Positions 12,986 through 25,556 of a stretch of DNA of 64,000 nt are shown one piece after another. The notes under the pieces are model-generated. The model was not told the origin of the DNA. It made no database searches and saw only the letters and a program-made list of their open reading frames with translations. The stretch comes from Monocercomonoides exilis PA203 (Eukaryota; Protista; Preaxostyla), in contig LSRY02000001.1 in NCBI GenBank assembly GCA_001643675.2, forward strand, positions 2,649,097-2,713,096, read 5' to 3'. The position numbers were made by a program, and so were the translations under genes. Positions within the stretch are counted from its first letter, which is position 1. The number at the start of each line of letters is the position of its first letter.

Positions 12986-15900
12986 GGGTGATTTTTTTTG
13001 ATATCATAAAATATTCCGACGTTTGATCAAAAATTAATTTCATTAAGGGTGAGGTGATAATAGTATTTTTTTATTGAAATTATACGGAAATGTCGTTTTA
13101 TTTGAAGTTATTATTATTTATTAATAGACATTTTTTGTTGTAATATAGTTTTATTTCAAATTTTGAAAAAATAGAATAAACTCATCGAAAAAATTACGTT
13201 TCTTCAATAAAAAAAGCAAAACATCCTTTCAATCTTCAATAAAACATAAATACAATATTTTCCACAATATTATCATCCTAAAAATTAACGTAATAATATG
13301 TTAAGCGATGTCTTTGAAAAGAAATTTTAAATTGATTTTGATTATCAAAACATGTTTGTTAAAAACAATAAAATTTCAACAGTTTTTGCAATTGATTCGT
13401 CAACCATCCTTTTCAGTTGTCTAATGTCCCTCAAATGCATTTTCTTTTGTGCATCTAAAAAATAATGAGGCTTTTGTTTTCTTTTCAAATCCAATCAGCT
13501 TCGTTAGAAATAACTATCTCCAATTTCATTCCCAATCCCTTCATCAAGCACATTTTCCATATGAATTCTCTCTCCAAACTCCACCGTTGTCCTGTATTTC
13601 GAGATATCCCGCTTTTATTCATTTTCATTCATTTCCTCTGGCTGCCCTGAAAACAACACAAAAACAGTCAACTGGCAAATATTTATATAAAAAATAATAA
13701 ATAAAGACCAAACTGCCCTTCGACTGTATTTTGTCAAACAGTTTCATTTCCACAGCCGTTATCATTCAAAAATCCAATCTCTTCATTTCAGTCTCAGAAT
13801 GGTCTAATCGCAACATTGCAGCCTTCTCCACAAAATAATTCATATATCTCACTGGAGGGTCTTCTCAGCCCGTTCACATTGTGGTGGAAGTGAAGAGGTG
13901 TTTTTTCAATTTTTGGCATGATCATCTCCTTTAATAATATTTTCAAACATTCAAATCAATATTTGATGTTTATCTCATCAACACATGGCACAGGAGGGAA
14001 ATGGGGCAGAGAAGAGATGGAAGAGGATTATTTGCAGCAGGGGGTGAGAGTTGAGTGTTCTTTTGAATGTTAATATTTCGAGAGAGATTTTTGAATGGAA
14101 GAAATTCTGAGACAGATGGATGGGGAAGGAATAGGAGGAGATTTGGAGAAGATAATACAGTGAATATGTGGAGAAGTTGCTAAGGATGATGAAGTAGAGC
14201 TTATTGTTGCTGGGAGAATATTTTTTTGGAAGAGAAGGAAAAGAGGGTAAAAGTTGGTGAGTAGAAGGAAATTGAGAAATGTAAGATCGGAAGAAGATTA
14301 TTTTTTGAGAGGGGAAAAGAGGAAGAGAAGATTTTTTGAAGATGGAAATGGAAAAGAAAGGAAATTGAGAGATATTAACATTTTCTATTTTTTGAAGAGA
14401 AAGGAGAAAGTCACAGAAAGAAGGCAAATGACTTTGAAGAAATGAAGCTCTATTGATCAATAACAGTACATCAGACAATTATTTGCAATTTTAATTATTG
14501 TCTCATTGCGAAGTTAACTTGTTAAATGCAATGTTTTATTCAGTAGACAACATCATATGAAGTCAAGAAATCTTCGCTAAAAAATATCATACGACAAATT
14601 TCATGTTTCTCAATATATCTTCTTTTCCACATTCTCACTCATTTTCTCCCTCATTTCATTCATCGTCTTCTTCAAATTCTTAACTTCTTAAAAGTCTTCT
14701 CCTTTCCCACCAACTGTTCAATCTTCAACTTTGCGGTTATCTTATTCTTCAGCTCCTTCTCAAACTTTTTCAATGTCATTTTCACTCAGTTTACATTGGA
14801 TCATTCCATCTTCCTTCGAATGAATATGAGCTGTTCAATCAACAGCTTTATTAAACCCACCAAAAATCTAATCTTTTTGTTTCCCATTCCATACAGCAAT
14901 ATCATGGCTTTCAATGCGTGCAGTAGAATTGTTTGATATACATCTGAAGTACTTTCCTCTTCTGCAGCTGCGCATCCCGCTTCGCTTTAGCACTTCGTAC
15001 GGCTTCCTTGCGTTGGCAACGCTAACTGTGCAGAATGAGGTGAATAGACTTAGAAGAAGGAATGAGAATGCGATAGCGAAGGAGCTGTCAGGTGCATTGC
15101 AACAATCCGCTCGCTTTACGACACCGCCAGGAAGCGAAGAGAGAGGAGAACAAGTCCAAATGGAAGAGACAAAGAAGGTTGATTTCAGAATCAAATTGAG
15201 GGCAGAGCAGAGGAAATGAAGACAACATGAAGAGCCAAAGGCGAAGACAAAGAAGAAGGAGAAAGGCGAGTTTTGCACGTACCAAATTGATGCTTTCGAC
15301 ACAAGGCTTGCACAGGCAGCAGCAGTAAGGAAGGTGCAGGTGTTGAGAAGTGAACAGCAGCAGATATCCTGCTCATTCGGCAGCACACTCTCATCTGCCT
15401 AGCTGCACTCTCAACACATCACAGCCTCCTCGACGATCTCCACTCCTCCTTTTTCTCTCTTGCTCCACACCCAATTATCTGCTTCTTCTGTTCTTGTTGG
15501 AGCTCCACTGAAGCTCCTCGCTCCTTCATCTCCAGCTACCTACTCCTCTTCACTCACACAGAAATCCCTCAACATATCTAGCCCAAGTACTGCCTTCTTT
15601 TCGAATATGTCTTCTTCTTCTCCTTCATCTTCTTCTCCATCATCTATTTCTTCCTTCTCGCTGCCGCCTCTTGTGACTGTGCCAATCCCTCTTGTGATTC
15701 TCGGGAAGAGCAGATTGGACAATGTGGAAGTGTTTGCAAGCAGCAGCGTGTCAGCGACGAGGGATGTGTTTAAGCCACAGAGCATCTTCTGAACTGTGCA
15801 GCGTATGTGGCTAGCCAGGGGATTCGGGTGGGTGGTGAGAAGGAGGGGAAGGAAGAGAAAAAGGAAGAGAAGAGGAGTACAAATGAGCTTGTGTGTGATA

Positions 15901-18027
15901 AAGATGAAAAGTGTTCAATGCGTCTGATAGATAAATGCATCGAAAATGAGAAAGAAGAAGAAGAAGAAGGTGATTTTGATAAAGATATAAGAAAGGTTCA
16001 GAAAGAAAAAGGTACAAAAGAGGAGATGAAAGAAGCCGAAACGAAGAACAATTCTGTTACGATTTTAGCCTCTTTTTGCCTTTATTTTACCAAATCTCAG
16101 AATTCGACAAAGATTTAGCAACAAATTATCGAAACGCCATTTTTTTTCTCGACTTTTGCATGTGCGAACACATCAACTTCATTCACTTCTTCTTCGTTTC
16201 ACACTTCATTATCATCTTCAAAACCTTCTTCCTTCTCCTCCTCTTCGTTTTCGTTGTCTCCTTCGTTTTCTTCGTTTTCTTATTTGTCTTCACATGCATT
16301 GAAACAAGCAAAACTTTCTTCTTTTGCATCAGACTTTATCCTCTACTCCTTATTTTTCAAAATATCTTTTCTATATCTTCTTATTATTATTCTTCAGCAC
16401 CTTCTTCGATGAGGAACAAATATATAACAATTTTCTTCAAATTCTTCTCGAAACCCTGTATTCAATTAACTTCCAGAAATGCAAAAGAAATACTATTGTT
16501 ATCGCAGAATATCAGATGAAAGTTAATGATTATGGAAGCGATTCTATTCTTCGTAAAGAAAAGCCTATAAGCAGGAGTGTAGTGGAAAAGGATATTGAAT
16601 CTGCATTTTGCGTTTAGAGGTTGATAAAGACATACGAAATCGAATGAATATTGAAGCAATAATTAAACAGGAAGTGTGATAGAAATGATGAGTTTCTTCA
16701 GATTTTTACAATGCAACATGCATTCAACATGTAGAAGATGAAACGATGAAGGAAACTTATTTATTTGAAAAGGCATATTAAATGGAAAATTCTATGAAAC
16801 AAGAGAATAAATATCCGACAAGCAATGCTGATTTCATCAATTTCCCATATGAGATGTTTTCTTCTATTTTGTGTGTCATCTCCCCAACTTTCTTCGACCT
16901 TGTTGCCACTTGCACATAAATTCACAATTTCTCTGCACAATCAACAATTTTTGCCAACGTTCTTCGCCTTCTTCTGAAAACCCATCGCGTTTTGTGTCCT
17001 CTTTCAGGGCATCTTTGATAGCCAGAAAGACATTGCTTTGATGCCAAGATGACCATCCACATATTCATTGTCAACTGAATGCCCGTCGAGAAATACAAAC
17101 AATTCAACATCTCAACTACCAATTGCTTCTGTTCTGTCATGTCCCAACAATCGAATTGTCTTTCTGAGTGATGCACCTCATAAAGGCGAAAAAAGGCTCG
17201 TTCACGGAAGCTTCAAGAAAGTCGCCAACAAAATACAAATCTCTTCTTCCTCTTCTGTCCACACTTGAGCACTCAATCAGCTGAACTTCATGTTTTGGTA
17301 AAATATGTTTAAAGAGGAGATACGCAAATGCTGCCAGAGCAATTGATGAACATCGTGTGAAGAACGGAGCAGAAAGACTGGAAATAAAAGCAAATAATAT
17401 CATCGGTATTTTCTGAGGAAATTTTTGATGAGCAGATTCGAAACAGATGAAAGAGGAGCTGTAAATTGAAAATGAAGTGGGAAGAGCATTTTATTCGAAG
17501 AATAAAAAAAGATGTGACGAGATTGAATCAGTTGTTCCCATTGATTATTGATTCCTTTTCAACACAATCTCCATTTGATGAATCCGTTGAACTGCACGAC
17601 TGGAACTGAAATTTAATAATGAATTTTTAGCTGGATTAACAAAAAACACATTGGATATTTAACTTTTTAATAATAAAATATTATGTATTTGTTTAATTAT
17701 AAATGTTGTTTGAAAATTTTTTCTCATCAAGTTATGTTTCACTTGTTTAGACATTTTTATTTTCCTTTGAAAGTTTGATTATTCTTTATTATTTTATATA
17801 TTTTTATAAAACTTGATCAAAAAAAAAAAAAAAAAAAAACACTTTTCCACAAAAACATCAAAAAGGTATGCTTTTTTTCATATTAATTAATAAAACATAC
17901 ATGCATCACTGAAAACAAAACTAAATACTTGCGAAAATCAATTTAACTCTTTGATCAAAAAATACCACTAAATATTTTATTTTTTTGATTTTTGATCTTT
18001 TTTTATGATATCAAAAAAAAATCACCC
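12986..18027. mobile_element. 5,042-bp TIR DNA element inserted into the USP-transposase gene
   Basis: Left ATAT|GGGTGA-T8-GATATCATAAAA; right TTTTATGATATC-A9-TCACCC|ATAT. ~26-bp TIR and 4-bp ATAT duplication (alternatively a TA duplication with TGGG ends). No recognisable internal transposase. Confidence 0.9.
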
Positions 18028-19919
18028 ATATGAGTTTCTTTAAATTTTTCATACAACTTGGCCTTTGTCATGTTTATTATTCGAGTAGGAAGTTTTTTTA
18101 TTTGATAGTCAATCTGCTTTTGATAATTCTGTGTGAAGTTCTTTTTGGTTGAGGAGTTTCTGCCTTTGAAGCAATTTCTTGTTTCCGATGAAGATGTTGC
18201 ATTTTTAAAGAAAGTGCGATGTTTTGAATGAATTGGTTGATACAATGAAGTAGTTGAATATTGTTGAATTGATGAAGTGATTGAGTCATTCGCATGAAGA
18301 GTGTTGTTTGAAATGTTTGAAGAAATTGAAGTGAAACGGGAATGTGATGATATGTAATTTGTCGTTGATGATAGACATAAAGAATTTGTTCCTTCATCTT
18401 CACTGTTCTTCATGTTATTTGTTGTCTGCTTCTTTAACGAATTAATTCTTACATCGTCTTGATGATTTTGAGACATGAAAATATCTCGTCCAATGTTGAA
18501 TAAGTCAGGGGAGAATGGATTTTGAAGATTATTGAAGAGCTGTTTATTGTTTCGAACGTATACAAATAAAAATGGACGAGAACCACCATCTATTTGTCTT
18601 TTTATTTCAGATTGTGCATTTTGTCCAACCACCGAAATATTTTCATCGTTGCATAATATCCATTCATCATTCGAAAAATGAACGTTGTCCTCTTTTTGAT
18701 TCAAGCACAAAGAGAAAAAATGCCCAGATTCATAAGTCCCTTGAAAGAACAATACAGAAATCAAACTGAAGTTACAAGCTCCTTCGACATGACAATCACC
18801 ACATTTCAATCCCTCCATTTCATTTGTAAATGATAAACAAAAAGGAACATTCAACGTGTTTTCTCTGTTGTTATTTAGAGATTCAAGTGAAATGGCCAAA
18901 ATATTTGGAAACTGAATAATATTTAAAATTGCCAAATGGTTGGTATTTTGTCTGCATTTTTCACAAAAAGCATCTCTATTGTTATGATTAGATGTGCCAA
19001 ATTGAAAAGATTTGTTCAATGATGTGATTACATCATCACCATTCAAACGAATAATTGGTGAGGTTTCTGAAAAACCAAATGAAAAACTGCCACAAACTGA
19101 GCATTTTTTGTGGAAATTAATCTGAACACACATTTCTTTTGAAAGGGCTGGAGTTGTATAAGATAAATCACTGTAGATATTCAGAAATGCCTCATAGAAT
19201 TCTTGCTGATTTCCTCTTGAAAAACAGTGTTCATTTTCCCATTGTTTGACAAATGACAGTGTCCATTTTGAGTTAATGTTTGAATTGAAACCGCATTTGT
19301 TGCTCTTGAAATTAGAAACAAGTTGAAGTAATTTCTCTAAATATGAATTCTTTGAAACATTTGTAACTTCGATGTGATCAAAAAATTGAAATATTGATCT
19401 GAATACTTGAATTAAAGAAGCCAAATAACATGTGTAACCAAAATTCTGCAAAGGATAACACCTTGTCAATGTTGAATTCTGTTCAATTGATTGATCTTTT
19501 GATGTATTGATACATTGATCCCGATCATCACCATTTGAACCACGAATGCTAATGATATCTTTGAATGATGAATGAGTCAAATCTTCGTCGATAAATTCCA
19601 TTTCAATGTCTCCTTCATTAACATCATTTGAATTGTTTGAACAATCAAAGTTTGATGATCCGAAATAAAATGCACCACCATTTAAAATTGATCCTTTGAT
19701 TTGCTGATGTGTCCTGCATTCGCGGTCAATCCATTGATCGATTCCTTGATGAATGTTACTAAACGTGGGTGAATCGATATCATTTATTTCTATTTCAGGA
19801 GGCCCAAAGTTTAAATCTACAATATGATCACTTTGAAAATAGTTTTTCAGAGGGTCGATATCTTCCTCCATGCAATCATCTGAATTTAAAATAGAAAAAT
19901 CATCATCTTCACAATCCAT
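18028..19919 (-). CDS. N-terminal half of the same gene: ubiquitin-specific protease (peptidase C19) domain plus transposase N-terminal segment
   Basis: Cys box LQNFGYTCYLASLIQ, QQE motif, CxxC pairs, His box GTYESGHFFS and WILCNDENIS. Ends RIINMTKAKLYEKFKETH at the insertion. Confidence 0.88.
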
Positions 19920-20020
19920 TTTGCCTTTTAAAAAATAATATAAAATTCAATTTGTTTCATATGATAATAAAAAGCAAACATTCGTTTAATTGAACTGTCC
20001 GTCTCGAACCTTCCGAAGAT

Positions 20021-20650
20021 TCAGTTGAGTTTTCTATCAGAAAATTCAAAAATTTTTCCTCGTCTGTTTTGCTGAGCTCTTGGTTTATCCATCAAAAAAT
20101 ATAAAAAAATATACACCGTTTTATTAAAAAATGAACCCAAACTTGATTTTGAGGGTGGAAGAGGAGGTTTATTTGGATATGGAATATCAAAATTTTCAGA
20201 AGAACTGGTTTGCTTTGCATGTTTATAATTTCCGATTGTGCAGTTAAATCCAAACATAAGAAGCTGCTGATGGCTGTATTCGTGACATAAACATTTGAGG
20301 ATAGAAACTTTTGAATGAACATTGAGTTCATTATTGTAAACAGATGCCAGCCTCATAACAACATATTTGTTTTTGTCTGTTGAAAGAGATTGAAAGATTA
20401 TTGTTCAAATAAAGAATACAGTAACAGAAAACGAAAAACCATTGAATATCTTCTGAATTTGAGGAAATAACTTTTTTCCTTTATTTGTATGTTGAAACAT
20501 GTATTCCATTAAAATAACAGGGTCTCCGTATGACTGTTCTTCCAAATATTTCCATGATTTGCTACACTTTTCACTTTTCCTGGAACTTGACAATTCAGAA
20601 AATACTTTCCCTTCCATGATCATCATCCTATATTTTGTATTCGATGGTCT
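20021..20650 (-). pseudogene. Probable upstream exons / N-terminus of the USP-transposase gene
   Basis: Two short same-strand ORFs (20405-20626, 20021-20356) directly upstream. Splice structure not resolved. Confidence 0.35.
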
Positions 20651-23600
20651 TAAAAAAGAATCGATCTTTTCATTTTTCCAAAACGCTGAATGACAGATGA
20701 AAATATAAAAGCTGATATGTACTTTCCATGTATTTTTTCACTTTTCATTTCAATTTTTCTAAGAAAGCTTAAATTATTAAGTTTTTTCTTCCAATGAATT
20801 ATATGAAATGTTCTGATGACTTTGAAGGCATGTGATCAATATGATACGATTGAACATATTTGAACATCCATTTTGAAAGAAAAGCAGAAGCATTTCGGTT
20901 CGTGCAGTTCAAAATAAAATGTATATGAAAAATTGTCCACATTCTAAAGATCAGAAATGACAAATCATCAAAAATACAAGAACAGAGAAAAAAATGTCAA
21001 AGAAACAATAAAATTGAGTATTCTATACAGAAAGGGAGGATAATCATGTTTGTATTTGTAAACTTAGCTAATGAAATCGGGTTAAATTAATTTATGGAGA
21101 TGAATATGTTGAAAAAAGAATTAGAGGAAGAGGATGAGAAAGTGTTATTCGTTGAAGACAAAATATATGAAAGAGAAAAACGCTAAGGGAATGAGAAATC
21201 GTGATGATGATGATGATTGTGACTATGATTTTTGTGCTCAAGTCTTTTGTTTTAGAGGTGACAATGAGGTTAAAATGGAATATCATCTATTCTTTATTCT
21301 CCCCCACCTTTTTACCGTTATTTGTGTCATTTTTTGGAAAGATGTTCGAACAAGTCAATGAAATGGAAAAGGATGAAGAATATGAAGCAGAAAAAGCAGC
21401 AGAAGAAGAAGAGGAAGAGGAGGAAGAAGAAGAAGAGGAAGAGGAAAAAGAAGCAGGAGTAAAAGTTAAATTGGAAGGTTTAATCTGAACAACTTCTGTT
21501 CGAACGATATGTTGTTAATTGCGAAGAATAGCTGAGGAAGAAAAGGTGGAGGAATACGAAGAAGATGGATGATGAATCATTAGGCGATATAACCTTCTTT
21601 ACTCCATCTGAACTCAGTTCAGGTGAAATTGCTTTCAAATCTCCATTCGATTCTCCTTCTTCTTCTTCTGCTGCTGCTGCTGCTCTTCTTCTTCCTTCGC
21701 CTCGTCCTCCTTCTCCATGAAAAAAAAGCAGCCATTTAAATAGCAATTCAACAGCATCTCCGCAAAACCCATTGAGCAACAGAAGAACTGTTAATGATGA
21801 TGCAAAATACTCTCTTTCTTTTTCTTCTTCAACTTATTCTTCAACTTCTTCTCCTTCTCCTTCTCCTTCTCCTTCTCCTTCTTCTCACATTAACTTCGGA
21901 CAAAGATGGTGAGCAGCGAAAAGATATGCATTGCCTGAGCAGCTGTCGCCTCTGCGGGAGTTGTTTGCTCTTTTTTTTGCAGGAGTAAAATGAATTCTTA
22001 AATAACCAAATTTCGTTACGTGCCTCTGCATCTTTGTATTCTTCCTCTTTTTCTCTCCATCCTGCCCTGTCCCTCCTCTCCTACATCTTTCTCCCTCCTT
22101 TAACAAATGAAGAAACATAGAAAATTGAAGGTTTTTTGTTTCGCTTTTTCCATTCTTCAAAATTTGAAAATAAAAACAAAGAAGAAGAAAAGAATCCGAA
22201 AGGAACTAAATAACAGTGTTTGCAAACTTTGGGTGCTTGTGGCTTGAATGACCACACTTTGTGCTTTTTGGCATTCTTCAAGCTCACTTCACAGAAGAAA
22301 AGTGGGAGAAAAAAATAGATGACAACGATCGGTAGATTGAAGCAGACGAAATGGGCATGCCGAGGAAGGAAGAGATGCTCATCTATCTGTGCTTGAAACA
22401 CATCGCTCTTCTGCCTGCGTGATTGGAAAGCATCAAATGTCAACGAGATTGTGTATGATGAGCATAAATCCTGATGAAAATGAAGAGAATGAGTTGGCTG
22501 TGCTTCAACAGCGAAGAGAAGGAATGAAAGAAAAAGTTGGTATTCGCTTATCAACACTCATGATGCAGATGACAATGCTTCTGTTATGCATTCTCTGATG
22601 CTCAACGCACAAAATTCAAAGAACCGTGCACTGACATAAAATCTGAGCGAAACAACGACTTTGTTGAAAAACAAACGATGAAAACAAAAACCATCAAGTT
22701 CTCTTTCATCAGCTGTGGCATCGAAGAAAGCAAACTTCGAATGATAATCGCCTTGCTCACTCAAAATGGCTGTCCCTTCGAAGAAAAAAATCCAAAAGCG
22801 ACTGGCCTGAATGTTGTTCAATTGCCAACAAATATTCGATAATTGGATGCCTCCTCATTGGAGTTTCTCCTTTCTTTTGTAACAAAAGCGGAATCAGAAA
22901 TAGAATTTCATCGCTTTCCATGTCTGCCCAGCGCAGTCCGAGAAACGGGAAAACCTTATAAATAAAACCGATATTTTGGGGTCCTCCTTTTTTCGTTGAA
23001 TTCTTGCCTTTTTTTATGATTAATATCCTTCCCTCGATATCACCAGTTGCTTTCCTTGCCAAAAAATACCCCAAACTGCTCCACTGCCTTATGCTCTCAA
23101 ATGCCATATAATTTTGTACAGGTTTTGTCCTTCACACAATTCCATCCTTAAATCTTCATTCAATAAAATAACAGTTGAATTTGTTTTCATCTCTTCCACC
23201 AAATAAAAATCTTGTATCTTGCGTAACTTCATTTATATCCTAATTGCTATATAATAATCTGCTCCGTTCTCATCGTATTGCTCTCCAAAGCGGAGATTGA
23301 CCATTTCAACAATAACTCACATTCCTGCACTTTGGAGAGGATACAGACTGAAATATCTTCACAACATTTAGAACAATATAAGTTGCATTCATTGTGTCTT
23401 TTTGTGTTATTGATGAAATTGTTGTGTTCCCCTTGGCCATCCAATTGACAAAAATCGTCAGGCAGAATTTCAAAAATATTGCATCTCCGCCATTGTCTGT
23501 TGTCATCACAGGAAATAATATTCTAAGTTCTATTGGTGATGTTAGCTATGGAATTCTCATTCTGTGAATGGATAATTCCATTCTTTCAAATCTGATGATC

Positions 23601-23899
23601 ATTAAATCCATTTCAAATAAGGATTAATTATGAATCGTTATTTTCACCACAGTTGCCTTTGAAAAATGTCAACAAAAGAAAGAATAGTGTAAACACACAT
23701 ATTTTTCAATTGCTATTTTGGGATAAAATTTCTGAAACTTTCTTCTATCCAAACATTCGTTCATTCAACGTAAATGACGAAATTTTTTGTGTTTTCCGAA
23801 TACAATCTGTTTTCGAAAATGCAGGAGATGGAAAGCTCAATGAAATTCAATAGTATCCAATTCTTTATGGAATTCAATTCTTTATGATTCGTTTCCTTT

Positions 23900-25190
23900 C
23901 TCATTTTTATTGTTGAAGAATTGTTTTATGAATTAGAACGAAGCTCAGAAATTGAACAAAAGCAGAAAACGCAAGAAATGAATGAAATACTTGATGAAAT
24001 GAGTGTGCAAGAATTTGAATCCATTTTCACTTTAGATCTATTAAATAAAGTTGATAAAATGATAAGATAAAAGAAAATGACAATGAAAAATGCAATTTTG
24101 CTGATGAAGCATGTTGGATATTGCGATGCGCTGAAAAATGAATGGAACCTATTCTTTAAAAAATCTTTGCTGAGCAGAAGATTTGAAAAGATGATTGAAA
24201 ATGAAGACAAGAAAAAAGATGAAAAGAATGAAAAGCTTCTGACTGATCTTTGCGAGTGCTTTGTTTTGCTCATGTGTGGGATTTCATCGGATTTGTAATC
24301 AATTTGTGTGCCTTATCTCTTGAAAATTGCCTTGAAGAAAGAGGAAAGCGAAGAAACTCAAATGGAAGTGGAAATGGCTTTGCTGACTTTGAGCTGCATC
24401 AAATTTAATGTATAAACATTATTATTTCCTTTTTACTATAAACTTTTTTTCTTCCTTTTTTGCATAGGAAATGAAAAGAGAACTGTGTTTAAAGCAAATC
24501 AAAGAAATCATCGATCATCATCAGGAATATCAGACTGTGACAAGGCTTGCCTATCAATAAATTTGGCAGTTTTTTGTCAGGAGATTTTTCAAAGATAGCA
24601 GTTTGGAAAAAGTGATAACGAAAGAACATCACTATGCGAGAGAGGCAGCAAGAGAACTGGAAGATCTGTCAAAGAAAATGGATTGGAAGAGAAAATTGAA
24701 AGAAATGGAAGAATAGAAGTGATGATAATCATTTGAAGGCTCTATGTAATTTAAGATTTCTTTCACTCTTGCAAATTATGGAACGAAGAACTTGTTGAGC
24801 TTGTCAGCAGTGATGTGAATGTATTTCGAGCAGCAAAGGAAATTTTCAGAAAAATCAGTCACAAGTGCATTTTTATCTTGAGAAATGCAGCATTAAACTG
24901 GAATGTGAAAGTTGAAGACTTGCTGAGAGGTGGCGCTGTTGATGCTGTTTTGGTAGAAATTCATCAAACAACGTTTCGAGAAATATATACAAAAAATTGT
25001 TTGAATTTCTTTGTGTATATTTCCAAAAGATTGAACGAAGAGGGGGAAATGAAATGGAGGAAGAGGAATGAAAAGAAACAAAAAGGAAAGTGCATTAAAA
25101 GATGGAAGAAGAAGGACACGAGAATATTATCACAAGCTAACATGAAATATTTGATTTTTTTTAAACAGAAAATTTAACAATGATAATTTT
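23900..25190 (+). pseudogene. Disrupted member of a lineage-expanded hypothetical protein family
   Basis: Fragments MTMKNAILLMKHVGYC...EKNEKLLTDLCECF and LLRGGAVDAVL separated by in-frame stops and frameshifts; paralogous to 1-470. Confidence 0.7.
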
Positions 25191-25513
25191 TCTTTTAACA
25201 TTTTATATTATAATACATTCGTTTGAATCAAAAAAGCTTTTTCGAATTCTGATTTTTTTGAAATTTTTATTGTGAAGTCAGAAAAAGAAAGGAAAAAAAA
25301 GAAGAAGAAGAAAAAGAAAGGAAAAATTTGATAACAATCAGAAAAAAGTCTTTTTCAGCGATTCGAGTAACTCCAATTCATTCATTCCTTTGCACATTTT
25401 CCTTCTCTTTTATTCTTATCTTCTCTTCTTCCTCTTCCTCTTCCTCTTCATTTTCCTCTTCCTCCACCTCTCCATTTTCCTTTTCCTCATTTTCATCCTT
25501 TTCCTCTTCGTTC

Positions 25514-25556
<43 letters not shown>

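Noticed and set aside
22757-23509. Possible HECT ligase fragment (LGYFLARKATGD)
   Set aside because: Only one weak motif in broken frames; insufficient support.
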